This document shows, piece by piece, positions 1 to 10,146 of a stretch of 64,000 bases of DNA. Position 1 is the stretch's first letter. Every line of letters starts with the position of its first letter. The notes under the pieces are model-generated. The model was not told where the DNA came from, ran no database searches, and saw only the letters and a list, made by a program, of their open reading frames with translations. The translations under genes and the position numbers were made by a program. Origin of the DNA: an uncultured Candidatus Saccharibacteria bacterium (lineage in GTDB: Bacteria > Patescibacteriota > Saccharimonadia > Saccharimonadales > CAYZZS01). The stretch lies in NCBI GenBank assembly GCA_964620175.1, contig CAZUIL010000001.1, forward strand, positions 12,584 to 76,583, read 5' to 3'.

Positions 1-2622
1 CGGACCTGCAATGTCGTAGGATTGGACAATTTGCCCGTCGATCTTAAAGTTGACCTTGCCGCCGCCTTTATCCCCGTTGCCGCCAAGCGGGTGCGTTCCC
101 TGGCTGACAGTAGCAGTAAAGGTACAGCTGCCGTTGCACGAAGCCGGTGCACTCAAACTGATACCGGGTTTTTGGTCGCTACAGTTGTGCACATCATCGC
201 GCTCACTGGTGTTTGCGCCTTGGCCGGTAACGAATATGTCACCGGAGAAGTTGGTGGCATCTGCATTATCAACCTCTTTCTTCGCGCGCTCAGGTGTACA
301 GTCGGTAGCCAGCTTGTTGGAAATAATGTCAATGATCTGCTTTTGCCCTGGTTTGCTGGACTTTTGCTTATACCACGAGGGGTAGAGGTCGGTGCTTGGA
401 CTCGGCTCGATCGAGCCTGTCCCTACGTGGTTCCTGACCACAAAGGCCGGCAGTGATTGTATCCCTGAGGGCCGTTGGCGCTCTTCGGGTTGAAGGTTAT
501 CGTGTACCCTGTCCATCCATCCCTTCCAAATCGGCCGGGTCATGGTTTCCATAAAGCCGCGCATTTCAACCTGCCGGTTGTGGTAACCGACCCATACGCC
601 GGCGGCGTAATGGGTAGAGAAGCCCATAAGCAGGCCGTCCTTGGCATCGTTGGTAGTTCCGGTTTTGATGGAGTACTTGTGGCCCTTATAGCTATGTATT
701 TTTTGGCTGAAATAGCTTGCCCGCGGGTCAGACATCATGTCGGCGACGATATACGCCGTTTCAGGTCGGACGGCTTGCTCGCCCTTGCTCGGTTTCCACT
801 CATCGACTGTCTTGCCGTTGGCGTCCTCAATCTTCAAAATATAGGTGCGCGGTATGTTAAGGCCGTTGCGTGACAGGGTGGCATAGCCATGGACATGCTC
901 ATCAAGCTTTAGATAGGCGCCGTCACCTATGGCCGACGATGCGTAGCACTGGGATTCTTTCGTGAGCTGTTCATCCTCGTAGCATTTATAGCCGCTCTCG
1001 AGCCCCAGCTTTTCTGCTGTTTCAATCGTTTTATCGACCCCGGCGATCAGCATTGCCTTTACCGCCGGAACGTTGCGTGAACCGCCAAGCGCGTAACGCA
1101 GAGTAATCGGCCCGGGATAGCGGAAGTCATAGTTGTGCAAGCAGTTCCCACCGTTTTTTGGCTGCGCTTTGTTCGTGCAAGGGTAACCCTCTAGCGGTCC
1201 CTGGGTGTCATACAACACCGAACCGGCGCCAAAGTTCTCGGTGTGCTCCATTAATGCAGTGTAATCGTATGGCTTAAAACTGGACCCGGGCGGCAAGCGC
1301 AAACGGGCATAGTTGTTTTGGCCGAATTCCGGATTTGTGAAGTCTGCACCACCGACGAGTGCCACGACCTGACCAGTCTTGACGTCCTCCGCGACAAAAG
1401 CTGCGGAGTCCCCGCCCTGTCGCCGTACTTGTGAGAGGCCTTCGCTAACTTCCTCCTCAGCAATTTGCTGCATGTTCATGTCCAGCGTCGTAATAACCTT
1501 CCAGCCGCCACGCTGTACCGTCTCCGCCCCGAACCTTTCCTCCAGCTGCTCCTTGGCTGCCAGCACAAACCATGGCGCCTTGATGCCGTCATATTTCGGC
1601 AGGCGCGGCTTAACGGTAGCAACGATGTCCACCTTCTTCGCTTCCTCGGCCTCTTCACGGCTAACCATTCCTTGCTCCACCATTTGGTCGAGAATGTAGT
1701 GTTGGCGGCCGATTGTCGCCTCTTTGTCGAAATCGCCACTGTACGGTGAATAGTAACGCGGAGACTTTGGAATGGCGGCAAGCAGGGCAGATTCGGCAAG
1801 CGTTAAGTCCTTGGCCGATTTTTGGAAGTAATCACGCGCCGCAGCCTCCACGCCGTATTCTATGCCGCCGTACGGCGCGGTATTCAGGTAACCGGTGAGT
1901 ATCTCTTGTTTCGAATAGCTGCGTTCCAGTTCGATAGCCAGTATCAGCTCTTTGATTTTCCGGGTGTAGGTAACGTCTTTTGTCCAATCCTGGGTCAGCT
2001 TAACAAGCTGTTGGGTAATGGTTGAACCGCCCTGCTGGGAATCACCGCCGCCAAACACATTATTAAAGGCAGCGCGGGTAATGCCCCTGACGTCGAAGCC
2101 GCCATGCTTGAAGAAATCCTTATCCTCAATCGCTATGGTGGCATCCTTCATATCCTGCGAAATTTCCTCATCCCTCACCGGGATGCGTTTGGCAGCGTCA
2201 TAGTCTTCCCACAGCAGCGTCTCGCCGGTCTTGTCATAGTACCGGATACTGCCGCCAATGTTATTGCCGGAGATGTCCTTTAGGTTCGGTAGATCCTTAC
2301 GGAAATAGGCGAATACCCCCACCAGCAGCAGAAAACCGGCCACAATACCGATTCCAAGCAGCTTGAGCGCCATAATGCCGCCTTCGCGGCTGAACCAGTA
2401 CTTCGCCATGCGTTTCGGATGCAGGCGGTACAGTATTCGTTTGATCCGGTTTTTCGGCAAGGTGCTCAAGTAAGCGGCCTTACGCTTGGCACGGGCATCA
2501 CGACGTGCTTTCAGCCGATCTGTAATGCTCCTATGGACCTTAAAGGTCTTGCCGCTTTTGGTCGTAAAGACGTTTTTACTGGACCGACGGCGCCCACCCG
2601 ATCCTTTTTTAAGGGGTTTCAT
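1..2622 (-). CDS. Class A penicillin-binding protein (GT51 transglycosylase + transpeptidase); C-terminal part runs off the window start
   Basis: Manual reverse-strand translation from the ATG at 2622..2620 gives MKPLKKGSGGRRRSSKNVF..., an N-terminal TM segment, the GT51 motifs EDKDFFKHGGFD and RKIKE, then a transpeptidase region. The frame stays open to position 1. It is absent from the ORF track only because it is edge-truncated. Confidence 0.8.
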   Translation of the reverse strand, partial: MKPLKKGSGGRRRSSKNVFTTKSGKTFKVHRSITDRLKARRDARAKRKAAYLSTLPKNRIKRILYRLHPKRMAKYWFSREGGIMALKLLGIGIVAGFLLLVGVFAYFRKDLPNLKDISGNNIGGSIRYYDKTGETLLWEDYDAAKRIPVRDEEISQDMKDATIAIEDKDFFKHGGFDVRGITRAAFNNVFGGGDSQQGGSTITQQLVKLTQDWTKDVTYTRKIKELILAIELERSYSKQEILTGYLNTAPYGGIEYGVEAAARDYFQKSAKDLTLAESALLAAIPKSPRYYSPYSGDFDKEATIGRQHYILDQMVEQGMVSREEAEEAKKVDIVATVKPRLPKYDGIKAPWFVLAAKEQLEERFGAETVQRGGWKVITTLDMNMQQIAEEEVSEGLSQVRRQGGDSAAFVAEDVKTGQVVALVGGADFTNPEFGQNNYARLRLPPGSSFKPYDYTALMEHTENFGAGSVLYDTQGPLEGYPCTNKAQPKNGGNCLHNYDFRYPGPITLRYALGGSRNVPAVKAMLIAGVDKTIETAEKLGLESGYKCYEDEQLTKESQCYASSAIGDGAYLKLDEHVHGYATLSRNGLNIPRTYILKIEDANGKTVDEWKPSKGEQAVRPETAYIVADMMSDPRASYFSQKIHSYKGHKYSIKTGTTNDAKDGLLMGFSTHYAAGVWVGYHNRQVEMRGFMETMTRPIWKGWMDRVHDNLQPEERQRPSGIQSLPAFVVRNHVGTGSIEPSPSTDLYPSWYKQKSSKPGQKQIIDIISNKLATDCTPERAKKEVDNADATNFSGDIFVTGQGANTSERDDVHNCSDQKPGISLSAPASCNGSCTFTATVSQGTHPLGGNGDKGGGKVNFKIDGQIVQSYDIAGP

Positions 2623-2800
2623 TTACAGATACAACTCCATATAAGTGATAGGGTAATTATATCAAATCATAGCCCAAATCAATGCAGAAATATACTTGTG
2701 CTAATGCCCCGGGCAGCTAATTAGCTACTTTATAGAAGAAGTAAAATGAGGTAAGGTTTATTAAGAACGCAAAACAGCAAATGATACATTGGGCAGCATA

Positions 2801-4051
2801 ATGACATTATCCGAAGAAATACAATGGCGGGGCTTCGTTAGCCAAACTACTTTAGGCAGTCTAAAGCTGCTTGATGAAGAAAATAAGGCGTTCTACATGG
2901 GTTTTGACGCCTCCGCTCCGTCCCAGACGGTTGGTAACCTGGCAGCCATGATGTTTGCCAAGGCCTTTCTCCGCCATGGCTGGAAGGGCGTACTCTTGGC
3001 CGGCGGCTCAACCAGCCTCATCGGTGACCCTGGCGGTAAGGATGCTGAGAGGCCGTTGCAGGATGAAGCGACGATTGCCCGCAACGTGTCGAACGCAGCC
3101 GAGCAGATCAAGCGAATCATGAGCGGTTATGAATTTAAAATGGTTAATAACCTCGATTGGACCCGTGACATGCGGGTTATCCCTTTTTTGCGTGATATCG
3201 GTAAACACTTTTCGATGACGCCGCTTATCCAGCGTGACTATATTGCCAAGCGGCTCGGCGAAAGCGGCAGCGGCATAAGTTATGCCGAGTTCAGTTATAC
3301 GATACTGCAAGGCATGGACTATCTTCATCTTTACGATACGGAGGGCGTGACGCTGCAGCTCGGCGGTTCCGACCAATGGGGCAACTGTTTGTCCGGTGTG
3401 GAGCTTATCCGTAAAGCAAGAGGTGCCCAGGCGGATGCTATCACACTGAACCTTGTCATCAATAAGGCTACCGGCAAGAAATTTGGTAAAAGTGAAGAAG
3501 GTGCTATCTGGCTGGACGCTACGATGACCAGTGTCTATAAGTTCTTCCAATTCTGGTTGAACGCTGATGATGCGGGCGTTGAGGGCTACCTGAAGATCTT
3601 CACGGAACTTGACAAGGGTACGGTTGAACGGGTAATGGCTGAGTTTAACGCGGACCGTGGACAACGAACCGCACAAAAGACGCTTGCTTACGAAGTGACT
3701 AAGCTGGTGCATGGACAGGATCGGGCCGACTCAGCCAAACGTGCCAGTGACGCGTTGTTTGGCGCGGGTGATTACACTGACCTTAAGGCTGAAGACTTCG
3801 CGATGCTGGCTAATGAGGTACCGACCATACACTGCCCTGCCGGCACTGATTTTGTCGCGGTACTAGTCAGTGCCGGTCTAGCGAAATCCAATTCTGAGGC
3901 GAGACGCTACTTGCAAGAAAAATCAGTGTACGTCAACGGCACGCAACTACCCGAGGGTAAGGAAACGCTCGCAGAGGATGACGTCATTAACGGCTTTACA
4001 ATCATTCGGCGCGGTAGAAATTCAGTAGCCCTGGTACGGATAGGTAAGTAG
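2801..4051 (+). CDS. tyrS: Tyrosyl-tRNA synthetase
   Basis: Class I aaRS with a KFGKS (KMSKS-type) motif and the GGSDQWGN TyrRS motif, plus a C-terminal S4-like domain. An alternative TTG start lies at 2789. Confidence 0.85.
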   Translation: MTLSEEIQWRGFVSQTTLGSLKLLDEENKAFYMGFDASAPSQTVGNLAAMMFAKAFLRHGWKGVLLAGGSTSLIGDPGGKDAERPLQDEATIARNVSNAAEQIKRIMSGYEFKMVNNLDWTRDMRVIPFLRDIGKHFSMTPLIQRDYIAKRLGESGSGISYAEFSYTILQGMDYLHLYDTEGVTLQLGGSDQWGNCLSGVELIRKARGAQADAITLNLVINKATGKKFGKSEEGAIWLDATMTSVYKFFQFWLNADDAGVEGYLKIFTELDKGTVERVMAEFNADRGQRTAQKTLAYEVTKLVHGQDRADSAKRASDALFGAGDYTDLKAEDFAMLANEVPTIHCPAGTDFVAVLVSAGLAKSNSEARRYLQEKSVYVNGTQLPEGKETLAEDDVINGFTIIRRGRNSVALVRIGK

Positions 4052-4069
4052 TGTATACTGCACAAAGTC

Positions 4070-4888
4070 ATGCCACGAGCCACAAGCAAGCAAACACAAA
4101 GAAAACAGGCAAGCCGAACCGAGGCCAAGAAACCGAATAAGCGGGCCGATCAGTACAATGACCCAAGCCACAACTACTTGCACTATTGGCAGGGGCGGGA
4201 ATACGAGCATGCTGCCGAAGAGGCTGCGCTTCGCCGCCTACTTAAGGGCCAGCACTTCCGCCATGCCGTTGATATTGGTGGCGGTTACGGGAGGCTGTGT
4301 GTGTTCCTTAAGCGGTATGCCGACCGTGTCACGCTGGCTGAGCCTTCTAAACAGCAGCTTGATATAGCCAAGGTGTTTTTAAAGGACCATCCAGAAGTAG
4401 AGCAGTTGCTTATGCAGGCTGATGATTTACAGTTTGCTGATGGCTCGGTTGATTTGGTTACCATGATTCGTGTCATGCACCACTTGCCTGATCCGAGTGC
4501 TGAGTTTGCCGAGGTAGCTCGTGTCCTGGCTGATGATGGGGTGTTCATACTTGAAGTCGCAAACTACGCCCACGCCAGGAATAGGCTCAGGCACTTTCTA
4601 CGAAGCAAGCCCTTGCCTGAAGAGCCAATTGATATTCGCTCCAAGGCAAACCGCCACGACGACGAAATCCCGTTCGTCAACCACAATCCGAAGACGGTAA
4701 TCAGGCAGCTGGCACATGCCGGCCTGAGGGTGGAGCGCGTACTTTCAGTGTCGAACCTCCGCTCTCCTACACTCAAGAAAGTTGTACCCCGCACTGTCAT
4801 GCTATCTATAGAAAAGATACTGCAGCCAACGCTCGCAAGGACATACTTTGGCCCGAGCGTATTTATGAAAGTCACCAAAGCCCGGTAG
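4070..4888 (+). CDS. Class I SAM-dependent methyltransferase
   Basis: VDIGGGYG glycine-rich motif I with downstream acidic motifs and a basic N-terminal tail. Confidence 0.65.
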   Translation: MPRATSKQTQRKQASRTEAKKPNKRADQYNDPSHNYLHYWQGREYEHAAEEAALRRLLKGQHFRHAVDIGGGYGRLCVFLKRYADRVTLAEPSKQQLDIAKVFLKDHPEVEQLLMQADDLQFADGSVDLVTMIRVMHHLPDPSAEFAEVARVLADDGVFILEVANYAHARNRLRHFLRSKPLPEEPIDIRSKANRHDDEIPFVNHNPKTVIRQLAHAGLRVERVLSVSNLRSPTLKKVVPRTVMLSIEKILQPTLARTYFGPSVFMKVTKAR

Positions 4889-4907
4889 TTCGTCTATACT
4901 TTATCCT

Positions 4908-6944
4908 GTGGAGCTAGACCAACCGGTATCAGCAATTAAAGGTGTAGGCGAGGAAATTGCCAAGAAGTACAGGCAGCTTGGGATTGGCAGTGTTGAAGAA
5001 CTCATCGCCTACTATCCGAGGCGTTACGATGATTACTCCAGCATTGAACCGATTGCCGGCATTAAACCCGGAATGGTGACCATACGGGCGTACGTTAAGC
5101 AGGTGAAAGGCAGGTATGTCCGCCGGGGACTGCATATTACTGAAGCAGTTGCCAGTGACGACAGCGGCAGCGTTCGCCTGGTGTGGTTCAACCAGCCGTA
5201 CCGCGAATCAGGCATAAAGCGTAACGCCGAATATTTTATCTCAGGGCAGTTCGAACTCAGCCGGCAGCGGCTGGCAATTATGAATCCATCGGCTGAACTG
5301 GTCAGTGATTTTCCTCTAAACACAGCGCGCATTGTGCCGATATACCGGGAGACGAAGGGCTTGAAATCGCAAATGGTCCGGCGTCACCTGAAGCAGCTGG
5401 TGCCTACGATGCGGGCCTTGCCTGAGTCATTGCCAGCCTGGATAGTGAAACAGAACCAGCTGCTATCCTTGTCCAACGCTGTCGTAACAATGCACTTTCC
5501 AGCGTCATCAGCCGAACTGGCCGACGCAAAACGGCGGCTCGGGTTTGAAGAAGTATTCCAGCTTAGTTTGGCCAGCCAGCTCAATAAGCATGAGTTGTTG
5601 CTGGAGCAAGCAGTCAGCATACCCTTCGATGAACGGCTGGCCAAGCAGTTTGTGGCCCATTTACCGTTCAAGCTAACCGACGCGCAGCGCCGTGCCGTCT
5701 GGCAAATATACTTGGACATGCAAAAGACCCAGCCGATGAATCGGCTACTCGAAGGTGATGTGGGGTCAGGTAAGACTGTGGTCGGTACAATGGCGGCGGT
5801 TATGGCGATCAACCAGGGTTTTCAAATTGCATTTATGGCGCCGACGGAAATCCTTGCCCGCCAGCATGCTGAGACGGTTCACAGGCTGCTCCAACCTCTA
5901 GGCCTAGCCGGTTCGGTCGGGTTGCTTATCGGGGGCATGCCGGCCAGCCAAAAACGGCTGGCGTACGAGCAAATAGCAAACGGCAGCGTTCAGTTCCTCA
6001 TTGGCACCCACGCTTTAATACAGGAAAAGGTTGACATGCATAAGCTTGGCCTCGTGATTGTTGATGAACAGCACCGATTTGGCGTTGAGCAGCGCAAGAA
6101 ACTCCAAGCCAAGGCCGGTCATATGCCGCACGTGCTTAATATGACCGCGACGCCGATACCGCGGAGTCTGGCGTTAACGTTGTACGGTGAGCTGGATGTA
6201 ACTATCATCGAGACAAAACCGCACGGCAGAAAGCCGATAGTGACAAAGATATGTTCTCCGAACTCAAGACAGCAGCTCTATGAAACGGTTGAAAGGGAGC
6301 TTGTGGCCGGCCGCCAGATGTTTGTGGTGTGTCCACAGATTTCCAGCAGCTCGTCGTCCGGAGGGAGATCTGCCGAGGCAGTTTACGAACAGCTTAGAAA
6401 GGGCCCGTTTAAGCACCGGCGCGTCGGATTGCTGCACGGGCGCATGAACCCTTCGGAAAAAAGTTCCGTGATGGAACAATTTTCGCAGCACGAGCTTGAT
6501 ATTTTAGTAGCGACAACCGTCATAGAGGTTGGAGTTGATGTGCCAAACGCTAGCGTGATGATAATTGAAGAAGCTGACAAGTTCGGCCTGGCACAAATGC
6601 ATCAGCTGCGTGGCCGCGTTGGCAGAGGCAGTCATCAAGGTTACTGCTACCTGGTGACGAGTGATTCCTCAGCTCCATCCAAGCGGCTCCGTGCGCTCGA
6701 GCAATCAACTGACGGTTTTAAGCTGGCAGAACTGGATCTTGATATCCGTGGACCTGGCGCAATCTATGGAACCCTCCAACACGGCCAGCTTGATCTGCGG
6801 GTGGCGAATTTAGCAGACACCAAGCTGATTGCGGCTGCCCGGTTGTCAGCTAAGGAGTTCGTTAAGCGCGGCGAAAATCTGTTAAAATACCCTTATCTGC
6901 ATGACCGCGTAAAACAGCTTCGTTCTGTTACTAACCTCAACTAG
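4908..6944 (+). CDS. recG: ATP-dependent DNA helicase RecG
   Basis: 678 aa with Walker A DVGSGKTVV and VIVDEQHRFG (motif II), RecG-like N-terminal wedge region and GTG start. Confidence 0.88.
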   Translation: MELDQPVSAIKGVGEEIAKKYRQLGIGSVEELIAYYPRRYDDYSSIEPIAGIKPGMVTIRAYVKQVKGRYVRRGLHITEAVASDDSGSVRLVWFNQPYRESGIKRNAEYFISGQFELSRQRLAIMNPSAELVSDFPLNTARIVPIYRETKGLKSQMVRRHLKQLVPTMRALPESLPAWIVKQNQLLSLSNAVVTMHFPASSAELADAKRRLGFEEVFQLSLASQLNKHELLLEQAVSIPFDERLAKQFVAHLPFKLTDAQRRAVWQIYLDMQKTQPMNRLLEGDVGSGKTVVGTMAAVMAINQGFQIAFMAPTEILARQHAETVHRLLQPLGLAGSVGLLIGGMPASQKRLAYEQIANGSVQFLIGTHALIQEKVDMHKLGLVIVDEQHRFGVEQRKKLQAKAGHMPHVLNMTATPIPRSLALTLYGELDVTIIETKPHGRKPIVTKICSPNSRQQLYETVERELVAGRQMFVVCPQISSSSSSGGRSAEAVYEQLRKGPFKHRRVGLLHGRMNPSEKSSVMEQFSQHELDILVATTVIEVGVDVPNASVMIIEEADKFGLAQMHQLRGRVGRGSHQGYCYLVTSDSSAPSKRLRALEQSTDGFKLAELDLDIRGPGAIYGTLQHGQLDLRVANLADTKLIAAARLSAKEFVKRGENLLKYPYLHDRVKQLRSVTNLN

Positions 6945-6972
6945 CAGCTGCACTAGAGCCATTGCGCCCGTA

Positions 6973-7863
6973 GTGCTTGAACCAAGTTATAAACCTAATG
7001 ACAGGAGCGCTGAAACCCCTTCAGTCGGATTACACATGTACGCAGGAACGACGCTTACGAAGTATTCAGGACGATTGTTTGGCGCACACCAGAAGATAGA
7101 TCGGATAGCGCGGCGGCACTTGGCGCGGCTGGTAACTGATGACAGTCGGTTCCCCGGCATTAAGACCATACTGGCATTTGAAGGGCGGAACGGCCCTGAC
7201 GGTATTAAACGGAAGAGCCCGGCAAAGGATGAGCCGTGGCATTTTTTTAACCCCTTTACGGATACCGATTCGGATCTCTTTCAAAATATAGAAGAGCATT
7301 ACACCAGACTAGTGCAAGAACTGAAGTCTGCTAACATGGAACGTTCCGCCTTTGAGGCAGCCTGGTTGGCACATGCCATAGTCGATGGCCTGACGCCCGC
7401 CCATCATTATCCCTACGAACAAAGGCTTGCTGAGCTGCGTGGCGGCCAGGGCAACGAAAGCCGTAACAGTCTGAAGCAAAAACTTGTTATGCCCGGCAGC
7501 AACCGCCGCGAGAAGGTGAAGAACAATTGGCACATGTGGGGCCCGCGTGGCTTGATTACCTCCCACGGGTTATTTGAATTCGGGGTAGCCAGCATTATAA
7601 AGCCGCTATCATTTAACGACGCAGTACCGACGCCGAAAGAAGTCGAACTGGCCGGTGCGCTCGGCGTGATTGAAATCTTTAAGCGCAGTGCCCGCGAGAT
7701 AGGCATCATGGACATGTACGGCAACTACCAAAGGAAGGGTTGGACGCCGCGGCTGGCATGGCAGGTACGCCACCGCCTTGGGCCGATTATCATCCGCACC
7801 GTTACTTTGGCTTGGTATTCAGCGATGCTCGATGCAGGATTGATGAAGGGTAAAGGAGTATAG
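6973..7863 (+). CDS. Hypothetical protein; possible metal-binding hydrolase fold
   Basis: 296-aa ORF with a GTG start. The segment WLAHAIVDGLTPAHHYPYE is His/Asp rich and reminiscent of zinc-dependent phospholipase C / S1-P1 nuclease motifs. No firm family assignment. Confidence 0.45.
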   Translation: MLEPSYKPNDRSAETPSVGLHMYAGTTLTKYSGRLFGAHQKIDRIARRHLARLVTDDSRFPGIKTILAFEGRNGPDGIKRKSPAKDEPWHFFNPFTDTDSDLFQNIEEHYTRLVQELKSANMERSAFEAAWLAHAIVDGLTPAHHYPYEQRLAELRGGQGNESRNSLKQKLVMPGSNRREKVKNNWHMWGPRGLITSHGLFEFGVASIIKPLSFNDAVPTPKEVELAGALGVIEIFKRSAREIGIMDMYGNYQRKGWTPRLAWQVRHRLGPIIIRTVTLAWYSAMLDAGLMKGKGV

Positions 7864-7866
7864 GGA

Positions 7867-8406
7867 GTGAGAGTCATTGCCGGCAGGCTCGGCGGCCGGG
7901 AATTTGCCGCACCAAAGGGACATCGGACCCATCCGATGAGTGACAAGATACGCGGTGCGCTGTTTAATATGCTCGGCGACATCTCTGGGCTGACTGTTTT
8001 AGACGCCTTTGCCGGCAGCGGTGCCCTGAGCATAGAGGCGGTAAGCCGCGGGGCGAAGCACGCCATTGCCGTAGAGCGTGACAAAAACGCCGTGGAAACT
8101 GCCCGGGGAAATGTCATTTCCCTTGGCGTAGTCGGGCAGGTAAAGGTTACCCAAGCTAATATTTCCAGCTGGTCGGACAACAACCCTGAGCGTACGTTTG
8201 ACCTGGTACTGTGTGATCCGCCCTTCGATATCGATAACGTCGGATTGCTTAACAAACTCTCCCGGCATGTAGTGGAAAGCGGTACGTACGTGCTTTCGCT
8301 GCCGGCCGACCGAGATGCACCAGAGCTGTCAGGACTCTTGCCGGCAGCATCCAAAGACTATGGCGATGCTCAGCTGGTAGTGTATAAACACCGGGGTGCA
8401 AAATAG
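7867..8406 (+). CDS. rsmD: 16S rRNA (guanine966-N2)-methyltransferase RsmD
   Basis: LDAFAGSGALSIEA SAM motif and a DPPF motif. The SD sequence AAAGGAG lies 10 nt upstream of the GTG start. Confidence 0.8.
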   Translation: MRVIAGRLGGREFAAPKGHRTHPMSDKIRGALFNMLGDISGLTVLDAFAGSGALSIEAVSRGAKHAIAVERDKNAVETARGNVISLGVVGQVKVTQANISSWSDNNPERTFDLVLCDPPFDIDNVGLLNKLSRHVVESGTYVLSLPADRDAPELSGLLPAASKDYGDAQLVVYKHRGAK

Positions 8407-8456
8407 CATCCGAGGTAGAGTTTTGGGATAAATTCGTTTAAAATACGTGTTGAATT

Positions 8457-8541
8457 GCCGGAGTGGTGGAATTGGTAGACACGCATGCCTTAGGAGCATG
8501 TGCCTTCGGGCGTGAAGGTTCAAGTCCTTTCTCCGGCACCA
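8457..8541 (+). tRNA. tRNA-Leu (anticodon TAG)
   Basis: 85 nt, GCCGGAG/CTCCGGC acceptor stem, anticodon stem CATGC/GCATG with loop CTTAGGA, long variable arm and CCA end. Confidence 0.85.
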
Positions 8542-8596
8542 TTCCAATAAAATCCTCAAGCAGACAGAGGGTTTTATTATTTAAGGCGCAGCTACG

Positions 8597-8698
8597 TTAG
8601 AAATCCGTAGTTTTGCTCCGAAGCAGCGAAGCGACGACAACAGACCCAACAGCGCCGACAACGGCGCCAATGAGAGCTGCGAAATCAAGAGGAGACAT
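8597..8698 (-). CDS. Candidate 33-aa glycine-zipper single-TM micro-protein
   Basis: MSPLDFAALIGAVVGAVGSVVVASLLRSKTTDF, with GGTGA 7 nt upstream of the ATG. It is below the ORF-track size cutoff. The call is speculative. Confidence 0.2.
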   Translation of the reverse strand: MSPLDFAALIGAVVGAVGSVVVASLLRSKTTDF

Positions 8699-8832
8699 AC
8701 AAAATCACCGTTTATGTTTATGAACTGTCCCACTACTATACCTGACGTTCGATGCCGACGGAAGACCAAACAGCACATTTTATATACCGCGTAGTTTCCA
8801 AGTGTGCCGTGAACTCGTATAATAACAGCAAT

Positions 8833-10146
8833 ATGTCACTTCCGACCCAGGCCTATAAAGGCGCACGTGATTTTTATCCAGATGACAAGCGACTGCAAAA
8901 ATACCTCTTTAGTGTAATGCGCGCAGCCGTCGAGAAGTTCGGCTATGAAGAGTACGATGCACCGATCATAGAGCCCTTGGCGATTTATCAGGCAAAAACC
9001 AGTGACGAAATCGTCAATGAGCAAACGTATGCGTTTACCGACCGCGGCGGCCGTGAGGTCGTGTTGCGGCCAGAGATGACCCCCTCCGTATCAAGAATGG
9101 TTGCCGCCAAACGGCAGGAGCTCAGCTATCCCCTCCGGTGGTACAGCATACCTAACCTTTGGCGATATGAGCGTCCCCAACGGGGCAGGATGCGCGAACA
9201 CTGGCAGTTAAATGTTGATCTCTTTGGCGTTGAGGGCCTCGAGGCCGAGCACGAGCTTATCAGTCTCGCTGCAACCATAATGCGCACCTTCGGCGCGAAG
9301 CCGGAAACTTATAAAATCCGGATCAACAATCGCCAGCTGCTGAACGAGGCTTTGCATGGTTATCTTGGCCTAAGCCAAGTTCAGGCCCATACGTTGTCAA
9401 AACTGCTGGACCGGCGCCAGAAAATGGACAAGGCTGAATTTACTGCTGAGGCAGACGCACTGCTAACACCGACGCAGCGCGAAGCCGGTACAGCCGGGCG
9501 GCTTTTCGACCTGCTAGATGTCAGTTCGTTTGAGGAGCTGCCGGCTGAGCTGGCTGCTCATCATTCCGTGACAGAGCTCAAACGCCTGCTCAAGCTCCTG
9601 GCGGACTCCGGTGTTGCAAATGCGGTGTTTGATCTTACGCTTGTCCGGGGGTTTGATTACTATACCGGCATTGTGTTCGAAATTTTCGACGTGCATCCGG
9701 AAAATAACCGCTCAATGTTTGGCGGCGGCCGTTATGATGGCCTGGTCGCCCTGTTCGGTGTCGAACCGGTACCGACAGTCGGTTTTGGCATGGGCGACGT
9801 AACATTGCAGAACTTTTTAGAAATGCATAACCTGCTGCCAACCCTGAAGACAGAAATTGAACTTTACGTCGTGCTCATCGGTGACATATACGAGCAGGCC
9901 GTCAAGCCAGTTTCTGAGTTACGTGAGATGGGACTGAGGGTGGTGGTAGACCTTTCCGGCAAGAAGCCAGACAAGCAAATTAAAACGGCAGTGAAAAAAG
10001 GTGTGCATTACGTACTGTTTATTGGTGAAAATGAATTGAGTTCAGACCAGTACATGCTGAAGAACCTTGAAACCGGTAAGGAGGAGAGGCATAGCTTGCA
10101 GCGGATTGTTAGTATAGTGAAAGACTACCGGGATGACAGCCGCTAA
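8833..10146 (+). CDS. hisS: Histidyl-tRNA synthetase
   Basis: Class II aaRS with HisRS motifs (RDFYPDD, LRPEMTPS, YRYERPQRGR) and a C-terminal anticodon-binding domain. Confidence 0.9.
   Translation: MSLPTQAYKGARDFYPDDKRLQKYLFSVMRAAVEKFGYEEYDAPIIEPLAIYQAKTSDEIVNEQTYAFTDRGGREVVLRPEMTPSVSRMVAAKRQELSYPLRWYSIPNLWRYERPQRGRMREHWQLNVDLFGVEGLEAEHELISLAATIMRTFGAKPETYKIRINNRQLLNEALHGYLGLSQVQAHTLSKLLDRRQKMDKAEFTAEADALLTPTQREAGTAGRLFDLLDVSSFEELPAELAAHHSVTELKRLLKLLADSGVANAVFDLTLVRGFDYYTGIVFEIFDVHPENNRSMFGGGRYDGLVALFGVEPVPTVGFGMGDVTLQNFLEMHNLLPTLKTEIELYVVLIGDIYEQAVKPVSELREMGLRVVVDLSGKKPDKQIKTAVKKGVHYVLFIGENELSSDQYMLKNLETGKEERHSLQRIVSIVKDYRDDSR

Noticed and set aside
22-2203. Several 60-140 aa + strand ORFs in the track (22..456, 475..873, 1379..1699, 1822..2025, 2018..2203 etc.)
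   Set aside because: They lie antisense to, or out of frame within, the long minus-strand PBP gene that fills 1-2622. No RBS or homology. Spurious.
2712-2730. 12-bp palindrome AGCTAATTAGCT in the PBP-tyrS divergent spacer, with a possible T-box/leader for tyrS
   Set aside because: No T-box consensus (AATTAGGGTGG...ACCGCG) and no specifier/terminator architecture. The palindrome alone is insufficient.
3008-3712. 234-aa minus-strand ORF inside tyrS
   Set aside because: Antisense to a confidently assigned TyrRS gene. Composition-driven open frame in GC-rich DNA.
7725-8354. 209-aa minus-strand ORF overlapping rsmD and the end of the upstream gene
   Set aside because: Antisense shadow ORF. Ser/Ala/Arg-rich translation typical of GC-rich antisense frames.
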